Assembly (NCBI GenBank): GCA_964016885.1 | Contig: OZ024742.1 | Location: 136,028,001-136,092,000 of the forward strand | From: Eledone cirrhosa | Taxonomy: Eukaryota | Length of the DNA stretch: 64,000 nucleotides | Reading direction: 5' to 3' | Shown: positions 39,942 through 55,120 of the stretch, one piece after another | Numbering within the stretch: the first letter of the stretch is position 1 | Layout of the letters: the number at the start of each line of letters is the position of its first letter | Program-made: the position numbers and the translations under genes | The notes under the pieces: generated by a model | The model's input: the letters and a program-made list of their open reading frames with translations, nothing else | Databases searched by the model: none | What the model was told of the DNA's origin: nothing

Positions 39942-40500
39942 ATGTCGTCATTATAGTTGTTGTTGTTACTGCTGTTAATAACATCAACAGAAATATTTCC
40001 AGCCATCATTCTCTCTCAAAGCAGATGGTGTTACTTATTGAGCAACTAAGGAAATACGTTTAAGAAAAAAATTCTTATTTCGAGGAAGGAGGTGGGGGAG
40101 GGGGGGGGGGGGGGGGGCTATGAAGTAGAGGGGCAACAACAATACCGTCTGGTGATAATGAAGGTGACGGTAATCCTCCTCCTCATCATCATCATCACCA
40201 TCATTACCATCATCATCATCATTATCACCATCATCATCATCATCATAATCATCGTCATCGTCATCGTCATCGTCATCATCATCACCATCATTATCATCAT
40301 CATAACCATTATCTTCCACATCTTGATTTTCATCATCTTTATCATTGCTTTCATCATCACCATCCTCCTCCTCATCATCATCAACATCATCATCATCATC
40401 ATCAACATCATTTTCGTCATCATCATCATCACCATCAGCATCAGCAACATCACTATCATCATCATCATCATCCCTATTATTATCACCATCCTTATCAACA
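39675..40500. repeat. (TAC)n and (CAT)n trinucleotide tracts
   Basis: Visible directly; source of poly-T/S/D/M ORFs. Confidence 0.92.
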
Positions 40501-40933
40501 GTAGCAGGAACGACATGAACACCAACAAAACCAACAATTACAACAATGGGAGAAATAGACAGCATTTACGTGGACGCTCGACCTGCTAGAAACAGCAGTC
40601 AATTGTCATCAAAACACACACTACGTTTTTAAAAAATACTGCTTGAGATAACGTAGTCCAAGATTAAATAAACTAGTTATTTATGGCTGGAATATATTCG
40701 AGTACATATCTACTAGAACAGAGTCAATCAACATATACCGGTCAAATGAACATGAACAACTGAAATGCATGAAGCTAGACAGTGGAGAAAATTGAATATA
40801 CTCCGCGTTACATCATCAGTGCAGAGGTAAAGGCGAGTGAAGGTGAGAGTCTCTAGACTGTGTCTCATTCGTCTTAAATGAAAGGAAAAACATATTGGCT
40901 AATGACATCAATCTCTGATTCTCCCCCCCCCCC

Positions 40934-40967
<34 letters not shown>

Positions 40968-43095
40968 GGGAGACTTCCTAGGTCTGGTGAGAATATGTAT
41001 CTGTACCTGGAATGTTACTCTTCTGGGTATAGGCCGAGGCAAAATAAATTTCTGGAAAGCCAGCTCTCGCACATGCACACGCACTCCCTTTTCCATGCCA
41101 GCAATATTGCCTACGGGAAATGTGAGGGCCAGTGACATCACAAGCAGACTCAAATTGGAAAATATACCAAAATCATGTCCGAAATTCTTTCACTCCAACG
41201 ATCTGAACAGATACTTTATTTATCAAAGCCAGATAAATGAGTGGCAAAGTTAACCTCGGCAAAATTTAAAATCAGAGACCCAGAAGCAATGCCACAGGCT
41301 ATTAATTCGACGCTCTAATGGTTTCACCAATTTGCCATCTGTTTATGGTTATATGTAAGGCAGCGTATTGACAGAGTCCTTTGAACGTCTCATAGTATTG
41401 TTCGCGGTATTCGTTTCGTTTTTCTGCACTCTGTGTTTTATTCCCACTATGGTCAACCTTACGTTTCATATTTTTGCGGTTGATAAATAAATTGTCCATC
41501 CAGAACTGGGGCTGATTCTTCCTCCATATCTTTTTCAATTCCTTTCTATTTTTTCATTTGTCTTTCTTTACAAGAAATCAGTTATATTCAGATTTGGAGA
41601 GGAATGGGCTGTGCCCGGTTTAAAATACCCATTCCGTGTATCACAGTGGCACGGACCCCTTACTATTTTATCCGGTGTTAATTGCTAACGCTTGCTTTCA
41701 TGTATTATTTAAAAAGCTATGGCTTTATTATATTTGATGGAGGTTAACCCTGATTAATCAATAACAACAGTAACTGTATATAGTCTATTAACATCTACCT
41801 TCACAATTCAACATGTCTGTGATGGAACCTCTAGCTGGTTACTGGACTTAAATCCTCCTTAAATTATAATCCTCCTTAAATTATAATCTACAGTTTTTTT
41901 TAAAAGAAATCATGAAGTAATCTGACCAAGATAGAGAATGTATCGGAATAAACGATAATCATGACACGATAATCATGAATGTAATGATTTTAGCCATACG
42001 TCAGAAGGGATTGAGGCCGACTTTGGACAACATCAAAAATAACAACATCAAAAATAACAAAAACAACAACTATATGCTTGTATGTCGTAGACTATTTATT
42101 AATCCCCAACGCAGTCATCATCTTTATGTAGTGTTTAAGAAAGACATATGCCAGAAGAGAACGGCATTTCTATCTAAACAGTATTTGTACAACATATAAA
42201 AATAACTGAAAGATTCTTGCAAAATAGATTACTACAATTTTACGATCTTGATTTCAATTCTAATGTTTCTCAGTAACTTGAACAATTTGATGTACGGGGT
42301 GCTGTTAGTGCTCCTTTGACATTAGTGATATTGACTAATCGCGTGTGCCATGTGGGTGGAAGTTTAAGGCAAAGGTAATGTACTTCTCGGTCTCTTAAAA
42401 TTGCCTTTTTCTTTGAATCTGCTATCGGGAAATTTCTTTTCAGACTTATTTCATGTTTTATCAAATTTCAATCCGTCTATGATAAACAAACATATTCGAT
42501 ATACAAAATCTCAAAATGTCATGAAAAACCATTGACATTATATAAAAATAAATCAGCAGTATATAATAAAAACAAAACACACTATTAAAGAGAACCAAAA
42601 AGGGAGAAAGAAAAAAAAGAATCAAGTAACGAAGAAAGGGAGTGGGTGAGGGTCAGATGCTACAAACCCGTCTGAGCGGTGCTTCAGCCGCTCCCTCTTG
42701 GACTAGATGACAAAGGCGTTACCGCGGGTAATGGCTAATGACACCCGATGCGGCAGCTACCACATTTCACGGGGCTCCGTCCTCAATCAAGTCACCGTCA
42801 TACCGACTTTACAGATAAAAGTAGAGTTAAAATCTATGGAGTTCTATGTTGTGTCGTTTTGATTTTTGCGTTTTTTTTTTCTTCTTGTAGTGGTTTGTTT
42901 TTCTGTTTGTTTGATTTTATAGTATGATCACGTCAAGTCTCTGAGATGTTATAGGCGGTCAAATTACATGAAGAAATCTTAGAGAATCTTACAACTGTTT
43001 CTTAAAATAATAACTCCTGGCTGAGGTTGGTATCAATTTTCTACTTTAAATCTAGAATCCTTGCTAATTTGCCAGTGTCGTCTCCCCCCCTCTCT

Positions 43096-43163
<68 letters not shown>

Positions 43164-44023
43164 TATATATATATAGATATACATGTGTGTGCGTACGAGT
43201 CTTTGTGTGAGTATGTGTGTAAGTGTTAAGCGTTTAAGTGTCATCTTGTATTCACGCGTTTTAGGTTTGACAGTTTTGATTGCTTTGTCTCACAACCAAC
43301 ACTTATCTTGCAGCTTTCTGTATATTTTTACTGTAAATGTGTTTGTTCTGATCACCTGTCCTTGTACAGCTATAAGCTCGGTCCCAGTTTCCTTCTATAT
43401 ACTTCTAAACTTCAATCAGTTCCACTGATCTTGTCCCGTGTCCTCCGTTGACCTGGCCTGAAAAATTGTCCATTTAAGTTTTTTTCTTCTTCCTAATATC
43501 TCATTTGTCTGTAGACATATCCTGCTTTGGTTGTATTCGTTATTGATTTTGACTGAACATAAAACCTTGTATTTACATCCGAGATAACTCTCTGTTCTTA
43601 TAACTCTCTGTATGTATGTACTCCCGTACCCACATCCGTACATACATACATACATACATACATGCATACACTATCTTTGGGAAGTGACTTCTTCCCACTG
43701 TTGGTAAGGCTAAGGTCAGCACTAAGAGAGCAAAAAAGAAAACTACAGAAAAAAAATGATCTTTTCTCCCTATCTATGTATGTAAAAACAATTTTTCCCC
43801 ATATTCTTATTATTCTTATTAATATGCAATTTAATTGCATTATACACTTCCGTCGTGTGAAAGAGCGTACGAGCTGAAACCGGTACAATTAATGTGGAAA
43901 TTACTATTTTGTAAAAAAAATGTTTTGATGTTATTCTGAGAGAAAATCCCTTTAGCATTTTCTACTGTTTTTTACTATTTTTACTATTTTTTATATATAT
44001 CAACTCGTTTGTCACTTCTCTAG

Positions 44024-44131
<108 letters not shown>

Positions 44132-44744
44132 AGATGAATAAATTGGGTATAATACCAGTTTCTTACCAAATGCAAAAAAGCTCAATATATTAACCCTTTA
44201 AGGAAGGACACTGAGCATAATTTTTTGTAAATTATATATATATATACCGTGGCGATGGAACTGGGGCGTGGGGATGCATGCCCTCTCCAATAATTATATT
44301 TTCTCCCCAAACTACCAAAACACATATCTAATCGAAGTTTTCTGACCATTTTAGAGTGCAATGAGCTAAACTAATCACTACAACAAAATTGTCAAAATTT
44401 GGCTCCCATAATTCAGAAATGCTTCCATTGCTCCTGCCTAGTGATTTTAACAAAAATATCAAACAGTATATACCGTACATTAAATAACTATTTTACTCGC
44501 TCATACATAATTCCTTAATGGCTACAGAACCATGTTTTACCTTTGAAATGGTTAAGTTCAGAGGTTAATTAGTATCATCAGCGAGAGAGAACCATCCATA
44601 TGAACTTACACCTCTAAAACAAATCTAAGCACTGGCCGAAACACACATGGAGCTTCGAAAAAACAACCGCGTCTCAGTTTTGTCCATGTGACGTGAATAG
44701 GTATGTGGATAGCTACAAATAGCAACCCCCAAGCCACCTCGGAA

Positions 44745-46037
44745 ATCGAAGTGTCGGTACCTTCTTGGAGGAATATGAAAAGGTTGACGGGAGCAAAACT
44801 AAACCCGGAAAAGTCGGTGGGTTTGCAGCTCGGCACCTGGAGAGGCAAGTTAATGCCGTTCAACAGCGTCGCCGAGCGCTGGACGGACGGACCGGTAAAG
44901 TTGCTCGGAGTTTAGCTCGGACCAGACTTCCAGTGGATAAGAGTTTTGACGAGGTAACGATCAGGGTAGCCACTCTCACGCATTAATAAGCCACGAGGAA
45001 GCTGTCACTGAAAGGTCGGGTGGAGGTGGCGAATGCGTACATCGCGTCCGTCGTCTACTACCGCTTCACTATCGTGCCTTGCCCTCGTTTACGCCTCGCC
45101 AAATTGGACCGGCTTCTCTTCAACGTCTTGTTGTGGAGACAGGTTCCGTTAATGAGGTGGTCCCTTTGCTGCCAGCACCCTCTACGCGGAGGACTGGGCA
45201 TACCCTCGCTAATCATGCACAAACATGCACTGAGACTGCGGCATCTCCAGATATTCTGCCTAAACGCTGAACAGGTATGGTCGCCGTTTGTCAAACGGGC
45301 TTGCCACAGCTCCTCTCTTTGACTGAGCTCCAGTCCTGAGTCAAGAAGAGACCGAGACTGGGTGTCTGGCATCAGGAGTGTTGCCAGGTACTCACTGCTA
45401 TCTACCAGGCTGGCAATGTAGTCAGTGCACTCACACGTCCAGTGTCCACGCATTACTGACTTTTGGAGCTATGTTGAACAGCTGTTGTCGCGTGTAGAAC
45501 GGATCCGGCTATCGGCCGAGTCCATAGTGAAGATCCGCCCGCCGCCTTCTTTTGGCCAGGAAGGGCTGGCAATTTTCCTCTGTCTGGTGGCAGTAGCGAA
45601 AGAGGTTGTATGGTAGACCAGGTTGAAAGGATTGAAGACAGACACTTTTCTCTTCGGCCAATCAAGTTTTACTTGAAGATGAGGGTGGAGAGAGAAGTGC
45701 TGCCCAAGTACATTTGCTAAAAGGTGGGTGAATGTGCCGAGAATGGTCCGTGTGAGTGGGCCTACTCTGATCATGTGCCTGTAGGTGGATGAATTTGAGG
45801 AGGAGAGGGGTGCTCTTTCCGGTTGCCCTCGAAGCGTCGTGTGGTTCAGGATTAGTGGAGTACATGAGTCAACGCTGGGTGGTTATCCACTCTATTGGGG
45901 AACTTTGTTGTTTGTCATTTTCTTATTTATTGTTAGTGTTTTTATATATTTTTTGTACGCTTTTTGTGTAAAATCCACACAGTCCCCGTCTATTGTATTG
46001 TCCCCTATATGTCGGCTCTTGTGGCCAATAAATGAAA
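44745..46037 (+). mobile_element. Tx1/L1-like LINE 3' fragment, degenerate, internally deleted
   Basis: TGAKLNPEKSVGLQLGTW, VKLLGV, LSLKGRVEVANAYIASVVYYR, GGLGIP, HVQCP; aataaa at ~46027; homologous to 50229-51275. Confidence 0.85.
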
Positions 46038-46059
46038 CTGTTTTTAGCATAGTGGTGCT

Positions 46060-46066
46060 GTTTGTG

Positions 46067-46098
<32 letters not shown>

Positions 46099-46141
46099 GG
46101 TGGTGGTGGTGGTGGTGGTGCTGCTGCTGCTGGTTTTGGTA

Positions 46142-46172
<31 letters not shown>

Positions 46173-46212
46173 GGTGGTGGTGGTGGTGCTGCTGCTGCTG
46201 CTGGTTTTGGTA

Positions 46213-46250
<38 letters not shown>

Positions 46251-46252
46251 AT
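46060..46252. repeat. (GTA)n/(GTG)n tract
   Basis: Visible directly. Confidence 0.9.
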
Positions 46253-46563
46253 GCTATTAATTATTAAATTATACTTGTCTCATGGAATATGACCACTTGA
46301 GGCGGACATCTGCTTACACTGTCCGCATGGTCAATATAGGCAGATGGTAACCATTTTCTATTCATAGGCATTATTATTGCTCTTCCTGCTCTCCGGGGAT
46401 AACCTTCACCGAAACAATGTCCCACTGCGATCCTCAGAGAATTTCAGGCCGATTCATACATACATATATACAGACAGACAGACAGACAGACAGATGGACG
46501 AACAGGCAGACTGACAGATGGACGAACAGGCAGACATTCATATATTTTTTTTATATTTCTATA

Positions 46564-46608
<45 letters not shown>

Positions 46609-47159
46609 ACATATATATACAGAGCTAGAGAGAGAGAGAGAGAGAGAGAGAATGATAGCTAGAGAGAGAGGGGGGTCAGTGAGAGCTAGAGAGAGATAGA
46701 GAGAGAAGGAGGGAGAGAGAGAAATAGATATAATTATTTGTTTGCGTGTTTGCTTTTCTATTTCATAGTTTAATAAATATATGTGCTGCCTTGGCGATCC
46801 GCATAGTATATTGTATATCGGTCTCACTACCACCCATCATCAGCATCATGCTAAACATCGTCACCATTAATCATCCTCACCCTCATTGGGACATTTGCCA
46901 TTGCTGTTGTATTTGTCCTTGTATTTATACATATATTTGCGAGCTCCTATCAAATTAGCTATTTAAATAGACCCACCATGACTAAAATACACGAGAACAA
47001 ATATAATCATGCGCCTGCGTACGTATTCGGTCACACATACACACATTTTTATGTATGTGTGCTTATATTATGTATATATATATGTATGTATGTATGTAAA
47101 CAATATAAATTTAATCTATTGCATAAGAATTAAGTACTCAGTACATTGCTGGGGCTATA

Positions 47160-47224
<65 letters not shown>

Positions 47225-47479
47225 TATGTTGGGGGCGTATATGCATATATATGTATGTGTATATTTATGTAAGCATATGTATATATATATATATATAAGC
47301 AAAAGGGATATTGAATTTGTTGGTAGTTCAACAAATATATATGTTTATAACTGATTTGAAGCACTCGACAAAGTTTTCTGGAGTATAATATTCGATGATA
47401 TTAAATAAATGGAAACTATATAAATATGGTTTTATAAATAGTTTCCATTTATTTAATATCATCGAATATATATATATAT

Positions 47480-47989
<510 letters not shown>

Positions 47990-48200
47990 TCGTTTACTAT
48001 TTCCAACCATGATTGAATCACATCATTTTGGCATGCTGGAACATATACCCCTATATGTGTGTGTTTTAGGGTGTGTACGTGTAGGCCTGTGTGGGTGTGT
48101 GTGGCGGGGAGAACTAGGTTTTGACGGAAAACACTCACATTACAAGCATCCACATTTCAAAACAGCGAAAGAAATCCGTTGTTCTAGAATTTTTGGAAAA

Positions 48201-48670
48201 CTAGGATTTTTTCAACACGCTAACGCGTATGTGTATATGTGTGGTAGCAACCTGCATCAGACGTAAATACAGAGGAGTAGTATGAGGTAGTCATAACAAC
48301 AGTGGTAGCAACCTGCATCAGACGTAAATAGAGAGGAGTAGTATGAGGTAGTCATAACAAGAGTCGTAGCAGCCATCATCAGACGTAAATAGAGAGGAGT
48401 AGTATGGGGTAGTCATAAAAACAGTGGGAGCAGCCTGCATCAACGCTGTTTTCTGTAGTTTGTCATCACGCCATCCTTCCTCTATCATCTTTAGTATGTT
48501 ACGTCATCACCCATTCCTTCCCCTATCATCTCTAATGCGTGACGTCATCACCCCTTCCTTCCACAATCATCGTTTGTGCGTGACCTCATCACCCTTTCCT
48601 TCCTCAGTCATCTCTAATGTGTGAGGGAAGCACGGACGGAAGTCGCTCAAATTTAGATATATATTATAGA
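48201..48670 (-). mobile_element. Probable small non-autonomous Helitron with internal tandem repeats
   Basis: Minus strand starts TCTATAATATATATC and ends ACGCgttaGCGT...CTAG|T; 61-bp repeat x3.3 (48241-48445) and ~40-bp repeats (48460-48620). The base before the 5' TC is G, not A. Confidence 0.5.
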
Positions 48671-48877
48671 CAAAGCAATCTGAATGTTAACCGGTGAAAT
48701 TAACTAAGGATATTCAGCTAGCAGTTGACTTGTCTAGAATGGCTGATTCATAGAGAGGAATAGGAAGAGAAATTGTACATTGACTCGGAGTGGGAAAATG
48801 GACAGAAGCAAAAACACCCAATGATATCAACTCTCTATCTACATTTTTGAAATCGGGATATACAAGTATATTGTGAA

Positions 48878-48908
<31 letters not shown>

Positions 48909-49029
48909 ACAAATAAAAATATGTTTTACTGTATTACGTAATTCCAAAGGAAAAGCAAAGAGAAAAAGAGTGCTCTATGTATAGAACAGAGGTATTTAAT
49001 TAGAAAGTGAACAACACAAAATATAACTA

Positions 49030-49099
49030 CTCCATTACCAAAGGTTTCTGGATCACAAACGATAATAATATATACGTCTGGATCGTTCGTCAGACCGAG
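49030..49099 (-). ncRNA. Hammerhead H1
   Basis: ctcggt CTGACGA acGATCCAGACG...CGTTTGtGATCca GAAA CC ttt GG TA atggag. Confidence 0.7.
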
Positions 49100-49206
49100 A
49101 TGTTATAGATAAAAGATATGAAATGAGATTTAATGAGATTTTTCCAGCCTCACTTCCAATTTTTAACAGATTTTAAATTTAATTTTATATCGTTTATCTA
49201 TAACAT

Positions 49207-49276
49207 CTCTGTCTGACGAACGATCCAGGCGTATATATTATTATCGTCTGTGATCCAGAAACCTTTGGTAATGGAG
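49207..49276 (+). ncRNA. Hammerhead H2
   Basis: ctctgt CTGACGA acGATCCAGGCG...CGTCTGtGATCca GAAA CC ttt GG TA atggag. Confidence 0.75.
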
Positions 49277-49315
49277 TAGTTGTATTCTGTGTTGTTCACT
49301 TTTTAATTAAATATA

Positions 49316-49397
<82 letters not shown>

Positions 49398-49446
49398 TAT
49401 ATAAATATATAAATGATGTATATATATATATACACACACACACACA

Positions 49447-49498
<52 letters not shown>

Positions 49499-49527
49499 GT
49501 TATGTAATAACAGCATGAGATAATTAT

Positions 49528-49585
49528 TTCATTTACCAGTGGTTTCTTGAAAGCAAACAAATCTGCTTTCAGTCATCAGAATAAA
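49528..49585 (-). ncRNA. Hammerhead I1
   Basis: tttatt CTGATGA C TGAAAGCAGA tttg TTTGCTTTCA A GAAA CC act GG TA aatgaa. Confidence 0.8.
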
Positions 49586-49626
49586 AAAATCCTGGTGTTT
49601 TTATTGAATAAAAACACCAGGATTTT

Positions 49627-49670
49627 TTCATTCTGATGACTTTGCTTTCAAGAAAGCACTGGTAAATGAA
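49627..49670 (+). ncRNA. Hammerhead I2, damaged inverted copy
   Basis: ttcatt CTGATGA ctttgctttcaa GAAA GCACTGG TA aatgaa; the 5' strand of stem II is deleted. Confidence 0.55.
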
Positions 49671-50010
49671 ATAATTATCTAATGTTGTTTATTACATAAC
49701 TATTAAGCTCTGTAACCTACACAGAGCACTCTTTTTTCCTGGGCCTTTCAGACGGAATTACTTCATTTATATATATATATATATATATAATTTTCTACTT
49801 GGTTGTGGTGTTGGCAGATGACGTTGATAGAACTCAATGTGTTCTTGGACAGATGGATTCGGCGAGATTAGACGGTGTGTCCAGTAGTTTTTCTGTTAGG
49901 CGACCAGCGCGTAAGGTTTTCTTGAAGAAGAATCTGCCCAGGTTACTGAGTCATTTATATTTATATGGGTTTGTGTATAGAGAAATAAATACAAAACAAA
50001 ATAAGAGATA

Positions 50011-51272
50011 TATTTCTTTATTTACCATAAAGGCATAAAAAGAAGGGACAAATACAAAGGGGGAGTTTACATACAATCGAGTAAAAAGGGTATAAAATGA
50101 AAAAAAATCGAAAACAACCTCAAAAGGGAGGGGACGTGATGGGGGTTGCACACACACCCGAAAAAGTGTGCAATCCTTTGCCCGGGGAGCACATGGAGAA
50201 GGTGCTCCCCTTTCCTTCACTTCTTTACCTACAGGATGGTATACAGAGAAAGCCCATTTACACGAGCCATTCTCGCCACTATCACCCACCTTTCATAAAA
50301 CTGCCTGTGGCCAAGCACCTCTCTCTCCATTCTTATCCTTCTTCCGAAGTGATATCGGAAGAAGTAGACCAGACTATGGCCAGAGAGGAAGTTGCCTGAC
50401 CTCAGACCTTTCAATCGTGTCCACCAAACAACCTCTTTCAACATGGCTATTACGCACAGAAAAACCGCCTTTGCTTCCTTTGTGAAGAGGGGAGGCGGTT
50501 TGATTGTCATCACGGACTCGGCGGTCAATCGAATCGGGGCCACCTGCGACAGCAGTCGTTCGGCGTAATTCCACAGATCAGCCACGTCCGGACATTGCAC
50601 CAATGCGTGCGCAACGGTTTCTTCGTGACGCACGCATCTAGGGCAAATCTTTTTCGAGGGATCCCTGCCCGGGCGCCCGTGTCTGTAGAGCCTCTCTCGA
50701 ACGGGTAGAGCTCCCCGGTAGCACTGCCAGGCTAGTGACTTCTGGAAGTTGTCCATTGGTCCCGGGCCGAAAGTCCTACCGAACAGGCTGGCCAGTTCGT
50801 CCTCTTCCATGTCCAGCGACTCTCCAAGGGTGTCATCGCCCCTGCTAGCCACCAGCCCTCTATAGAATGATGAGGTGGATTCTCCACCGATGGCATGGCC
50901 CGCTTGCCAGAGAGTCCTGAGCGCCTGAGCACACTCAGTGTGCCAGTCTCCCAGTTTTCCGGATCTTTGCTTGACCCAGGACTGCAGCTCGGTGAGCGAG
51001 ACGAGTCTCAGAAAGGCTCGTTTCACGAATGGAGCCCACACCGGTTGACCAGTGAGGAATACCTGTAGGTGCCGTAGCCTTAATGCGTGCCTACGCATCA
51101 TCAACCACGGCATCCCCAGCCCTCCTTTCGAAGGTTTTTGGCAGCAGATGGATCTTCTCACCATAGGAGGACGCTTCTTCCAAAGAAATTGGAAGAGCAT
51201 GCGTTCCATGGTGGTGAGTGTTTCCTTAGGGCAAGGCACGACAGTCAGGCGGTAGTAAGTGACGGACGCTAT
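50011..51272 (-). mobile_element. 5'-truncated Tx1/L1-like LINE with 19-bp TSD and open ORF2 C-terminus (50229-51272)
   Basis: TSD caaaacaaaataagagata at 49992-50010 and 51273-51291; uninterrupted ~347 codons with FLW, GGLGMP, W..Y.GALPV.ERL and CPRC...ETVAHALVQC. Confidence 0.92.
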
Positions 51273-51351
51273 CAAAACAAAATAAGAGATAGTTTGTAAA
51301 TTAGATCATTGTTTTACTTCCTATCTCTGACTTTCGTTTTGTTTTCATTTT

Positions 51352-51429
<78 letters not shown>

Positions 51430-51439
51430 ATAAATATAC

Positions 51440-51570
51440 TCCAGTGCATTACTGGTGCTTTATTTTATCGATCCCGTAAGGATGAAAGGCAAAGCTATTT
51501 GAATTCAAAAGGTAAAGGGCCGTAACTTTATGCCATACTCCATGTTGTCCGTCACTCTACCGATACGGCC
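51440..51570 (-). mobile_element. Octopod SINE, partial
   Basis: ccagtgcattactggtgctttattttatcgatcccgtaaggatgaaaggcaaag. Confidence 0.75.
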
Positions 51571-51784
51571 GAATCGAAGTTGTAGCCGCAGTATAGCAGA
51601 TATATATATAGAGTCTGCTGTGCTGTTACTGGGAAGACCACGAATCATATGAGTACTCAATGCAGGGGAAGATGCAGAAAGGGTATAGAAATATGTAAAT
51701 TCCCGACAGAAGCAGAAACCACTTGGCACCGCGGTCGGGATGTTACACATCATTATCTCTCTCTCTCTCTCTCTCTCTCTCTGT

Positions 51785-51831
<47 letters not shown>

Positions 51832-51943
51832 ATATATATATGTGTATATATAGAACCAATTAAAAACAAGTTAGACCATTAATCAACAGCGTAGTCTAAT
51901 CTTGGGATGCGAGATTATATGTATATTCTAACACGTACATATG

Positions 51944-52046
<103 letters not shown>

Positions 52047-52544
52047 TCAGCCGCATTTTTCTCTTATATCCACTTATGCTCGCAACTCTGGCAATCTCAA
52101 TTAAGATCATATGATAAAATGCACCTCGTTCTTTCATGTGAAATTAAACTTTAAAGTGCAAATTTTTTCTGTTGTTATCTATCATCACAGATCAAAATGC
52201 ACCATTTTTGTTGTTTTTGTATTTCTATTCGTTTTATTTTCTGTTCTTGAGAGCAAGGTTCAGAATTCGTTTGAATATTTTTTTCTTTCGTTTTTGAACT
52301 CTATCATGTTCAACCACCGATGCAGACACAGACAATAAAAAATTATAAATATATTGAAAACATCACACGTATGTTTGTGTTAAGATGAAAATGTATATGG
52401 CGATAACACAATAATAGTGGAGCAATTTATTACAGCAGCAGCATCAGTGGTAGTTGTAGCATCATCATCTTCTTCATCAGCATCTCCAGAAGAAGCACCA
52501 GCAACAGTTGCAACGGCAGCAACAACAACTTTAGCAGCAGCATC

Positions 52545-52546
52545 AA

Positions 52547-52585
<39 letters not shown>

Positions 52586-52662
52586 CAGTAGTAGTAGTAG
52601 TAGTAGTAGTAGCGGTGGTGGCGGTGGTGGTGGTAGTAGTAGTAGTAGCGGTGGTGGTGGTT

Positions 52663-52695
<33 letters not shown>

Positions 52696-52773
52696 GTATA
52701 AGTAGTAGTAGTAGTAGTAGTAGTAGTAATGGTGGTGGTGGTGGTGGTAGTAGTAGTAGTAGTAGTATTGGTG

Positions 52774-52806
<33 letters not shown>

Positions 52807-52839
52807 ATAGTAGTAGTGGTGGTAGTAGTAGTAGCGGTG

Positions 52840-52932
<93 letters not shown>

Positions 52933-52945
52933 ATGGTGGTGGTGT

Positions 52946-53004
<59 letters not shown>

Positions 53005-53005
53005 T
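52545..53005. repeat. (GTA)n/(GTG)n tract
   Basis: Visible directly; gives poly-V ORFs. Confidence 0.95.
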
Positions 53006-53189
53006 CTAGTATCTACACGTTTGCGGCTATTGCAGTTCTTGCTTGTAATTTGAGTTGCAGAGGATGTTATTTTTTTTTTGATAAAAATATGATAAAATAG
53101 ACAAATCCGTAATTAAAGCTTTTCCAGCCTGACTAAGTTCCTCTTTCAATTTTCAAATTTAGTGTAACCATGACTACATCCTAACCATT

Positions 53190-53430
53190 AGGCACATGGC
53201 CTAATGGTTAGGATATTTGACGTAGGATTTGACGTAGGATCGTAATGTCCAAAAACATTTTATTTGTCATTGCTACAGTACATTCAGCTGAGAATGAGTA
53301 CCAGCAGTAGTTGGGGAATTGAATGTGCGATAGAGCAACGTCTGTCCAGGGAGAGTCTTGCACTTTTAGTCGCTCAATCCCAAGAAAACCAGGGGTAGGC
53401 ATCGACCCGATGAGCCTTCGGATTAGAACC
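53190..53430 (+). mobile_element. Old tRNA-derived SINE with Nin/Deu-like central domain
   Basis: tggcctaatggttagg head; cagctgagaatgagtacc...gcgatagagcaacgtctgtccaggg...tagtcgctcaatcc.aagaaaacc.ggg...gatgagcc resembles the Nin-SINE domain (recognised from memory). Confidence 0.5.
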
Positions 53431-54394
53431 CGTTTTAATTTGACTAACTTAAGAACTACACTATCCAGTCAGTTGTACTTTTAAAGGACGGCATGTTGTG
53501 ATTTGTGAAAATAGTTTAAGCTGATATTTCTAGCATTTAAATCAACCACGTGGAGACTACTTTGTTGGCATGTTATTGTTAGTGTTAATGCTTTAATCTA
53601 GGTCAGCTCTGATCGAAGAGACCTATATCATGGATTAAGTTGTCTAACACAATTTTGTTTTGTTAGAGTGTCGGACAAATGCTTAACAGTATTTGTTGGA
53701 CATCTTTACGCTCTGATTCATCTTTTCATCCTTTCTAAGTCGATAAAACACAATTCTCTTGAAGAACTAAGGTCGATATAATCGACTTTCCTGCCACCAC
53801 CACCACCACCACCACCAGCAAGTAAAAAAATTGCTGGCTTTGTTTCAGAATTATTACCATTTCAGCTCTAGTAATACGAGCAACGTCTAGAAATTCCTGG
53901 CCTACGATGATGTATTGCCGGTTCGTGATGAAATCTATAGATATGGAGGTGTTGTCAACTGGACTCTGAGATGTGAGGAGAGCAGCTGTAAGTTCTATAG
54001 TGTCCGCGCATTACTTGTTTGTAGAATTGGAGAAAACAGATGTTTTGCGTGTAAGGCGCATCCGGATATCAGTAAGGATCTCAAAACTACCGCCCTTCTT
54101 TAGCCAGGAAGGTTAAGCAATTTAACTCTGTCTGGTGGCTATGGCACAAGATATTGTATAGTAGATAAAATCTTTTCAAGATCTCGGCCAGGTAGACACT
54201 ACATCCTTAATTTTCATTTGAATAGAAACTTGGAAAAGAGAGGAAATTTGTTTCCTCCAGTAAACCTGCGGCAAGGTGGTTGAGAATGATGAGGAATATC
54301 CAAAATACCTGTGTAACGGGGACTAATATAAGTAACTGCTTTTAGGTCTATGACCTCCATTGGGAGAAAATATTGCCTTTAGTAGATAAAGCAG

Positions 54395-54468
<74 letters not shown>

Positions 54469-55055
54469 ATGAAGTATATGGAGAATAGAAATGGCTGTGT
54501 AGTTGCTAGTTAAGGTAACTTAAAATGAAGTGGGAATACGAAGAAAGCAAGAACAGGGGTGGAGGAGTTTTCCTCATCAGTTGTCTACTGGGGGTCTAGG
54601 ATATTTCTACGCTTTAAAGACAAGATACTACTTTACCCCAGGGCGTCAATAACTGGATAAGTTATTGGGAAAACGAAGGAAGGAGGGAAGGAAAGCAAAG
54701 GGGAAGAAAAGAGAAACAATAACAAAACAGCGAAAAAACCCCCCACAAACCGAGCAATGTGCGAGCAAATATAGGTAGGAAATCCAAGACCACTCGATAA
54801 AAGAACTTAAGTTCGAGACCGAGTAATCGAGAGAAAGAAGACACACGACTGATGGCCGCAGTTTGCTTCATGCCCAATTATTATTTTTAACACAATAGGA
54901 TTTTGTACACATGTTTGTTTGAAAAAATCTTTCAAAGAAGTATCAAACATTTGTATTGTTTATTATAATAAATTACTGTATTTTGAGGTGTTTTAACTTC
55001 TCGACCTATATTGCAATTTTTTTTAAATATTTCTTTAGTAACAAACGATATCTTT

Positions 55056-55120
<65 letters not shown>

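Larger units (their letters stand above)
49004..49302. repeat. ~125-bp-arm inverted repeat, one hammerhead per arm (family H)
   Basis: aaagtgaacaacac...gatatgaaat versus attttatatc...gtgttgttcacttt. Confidence 0.9.
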
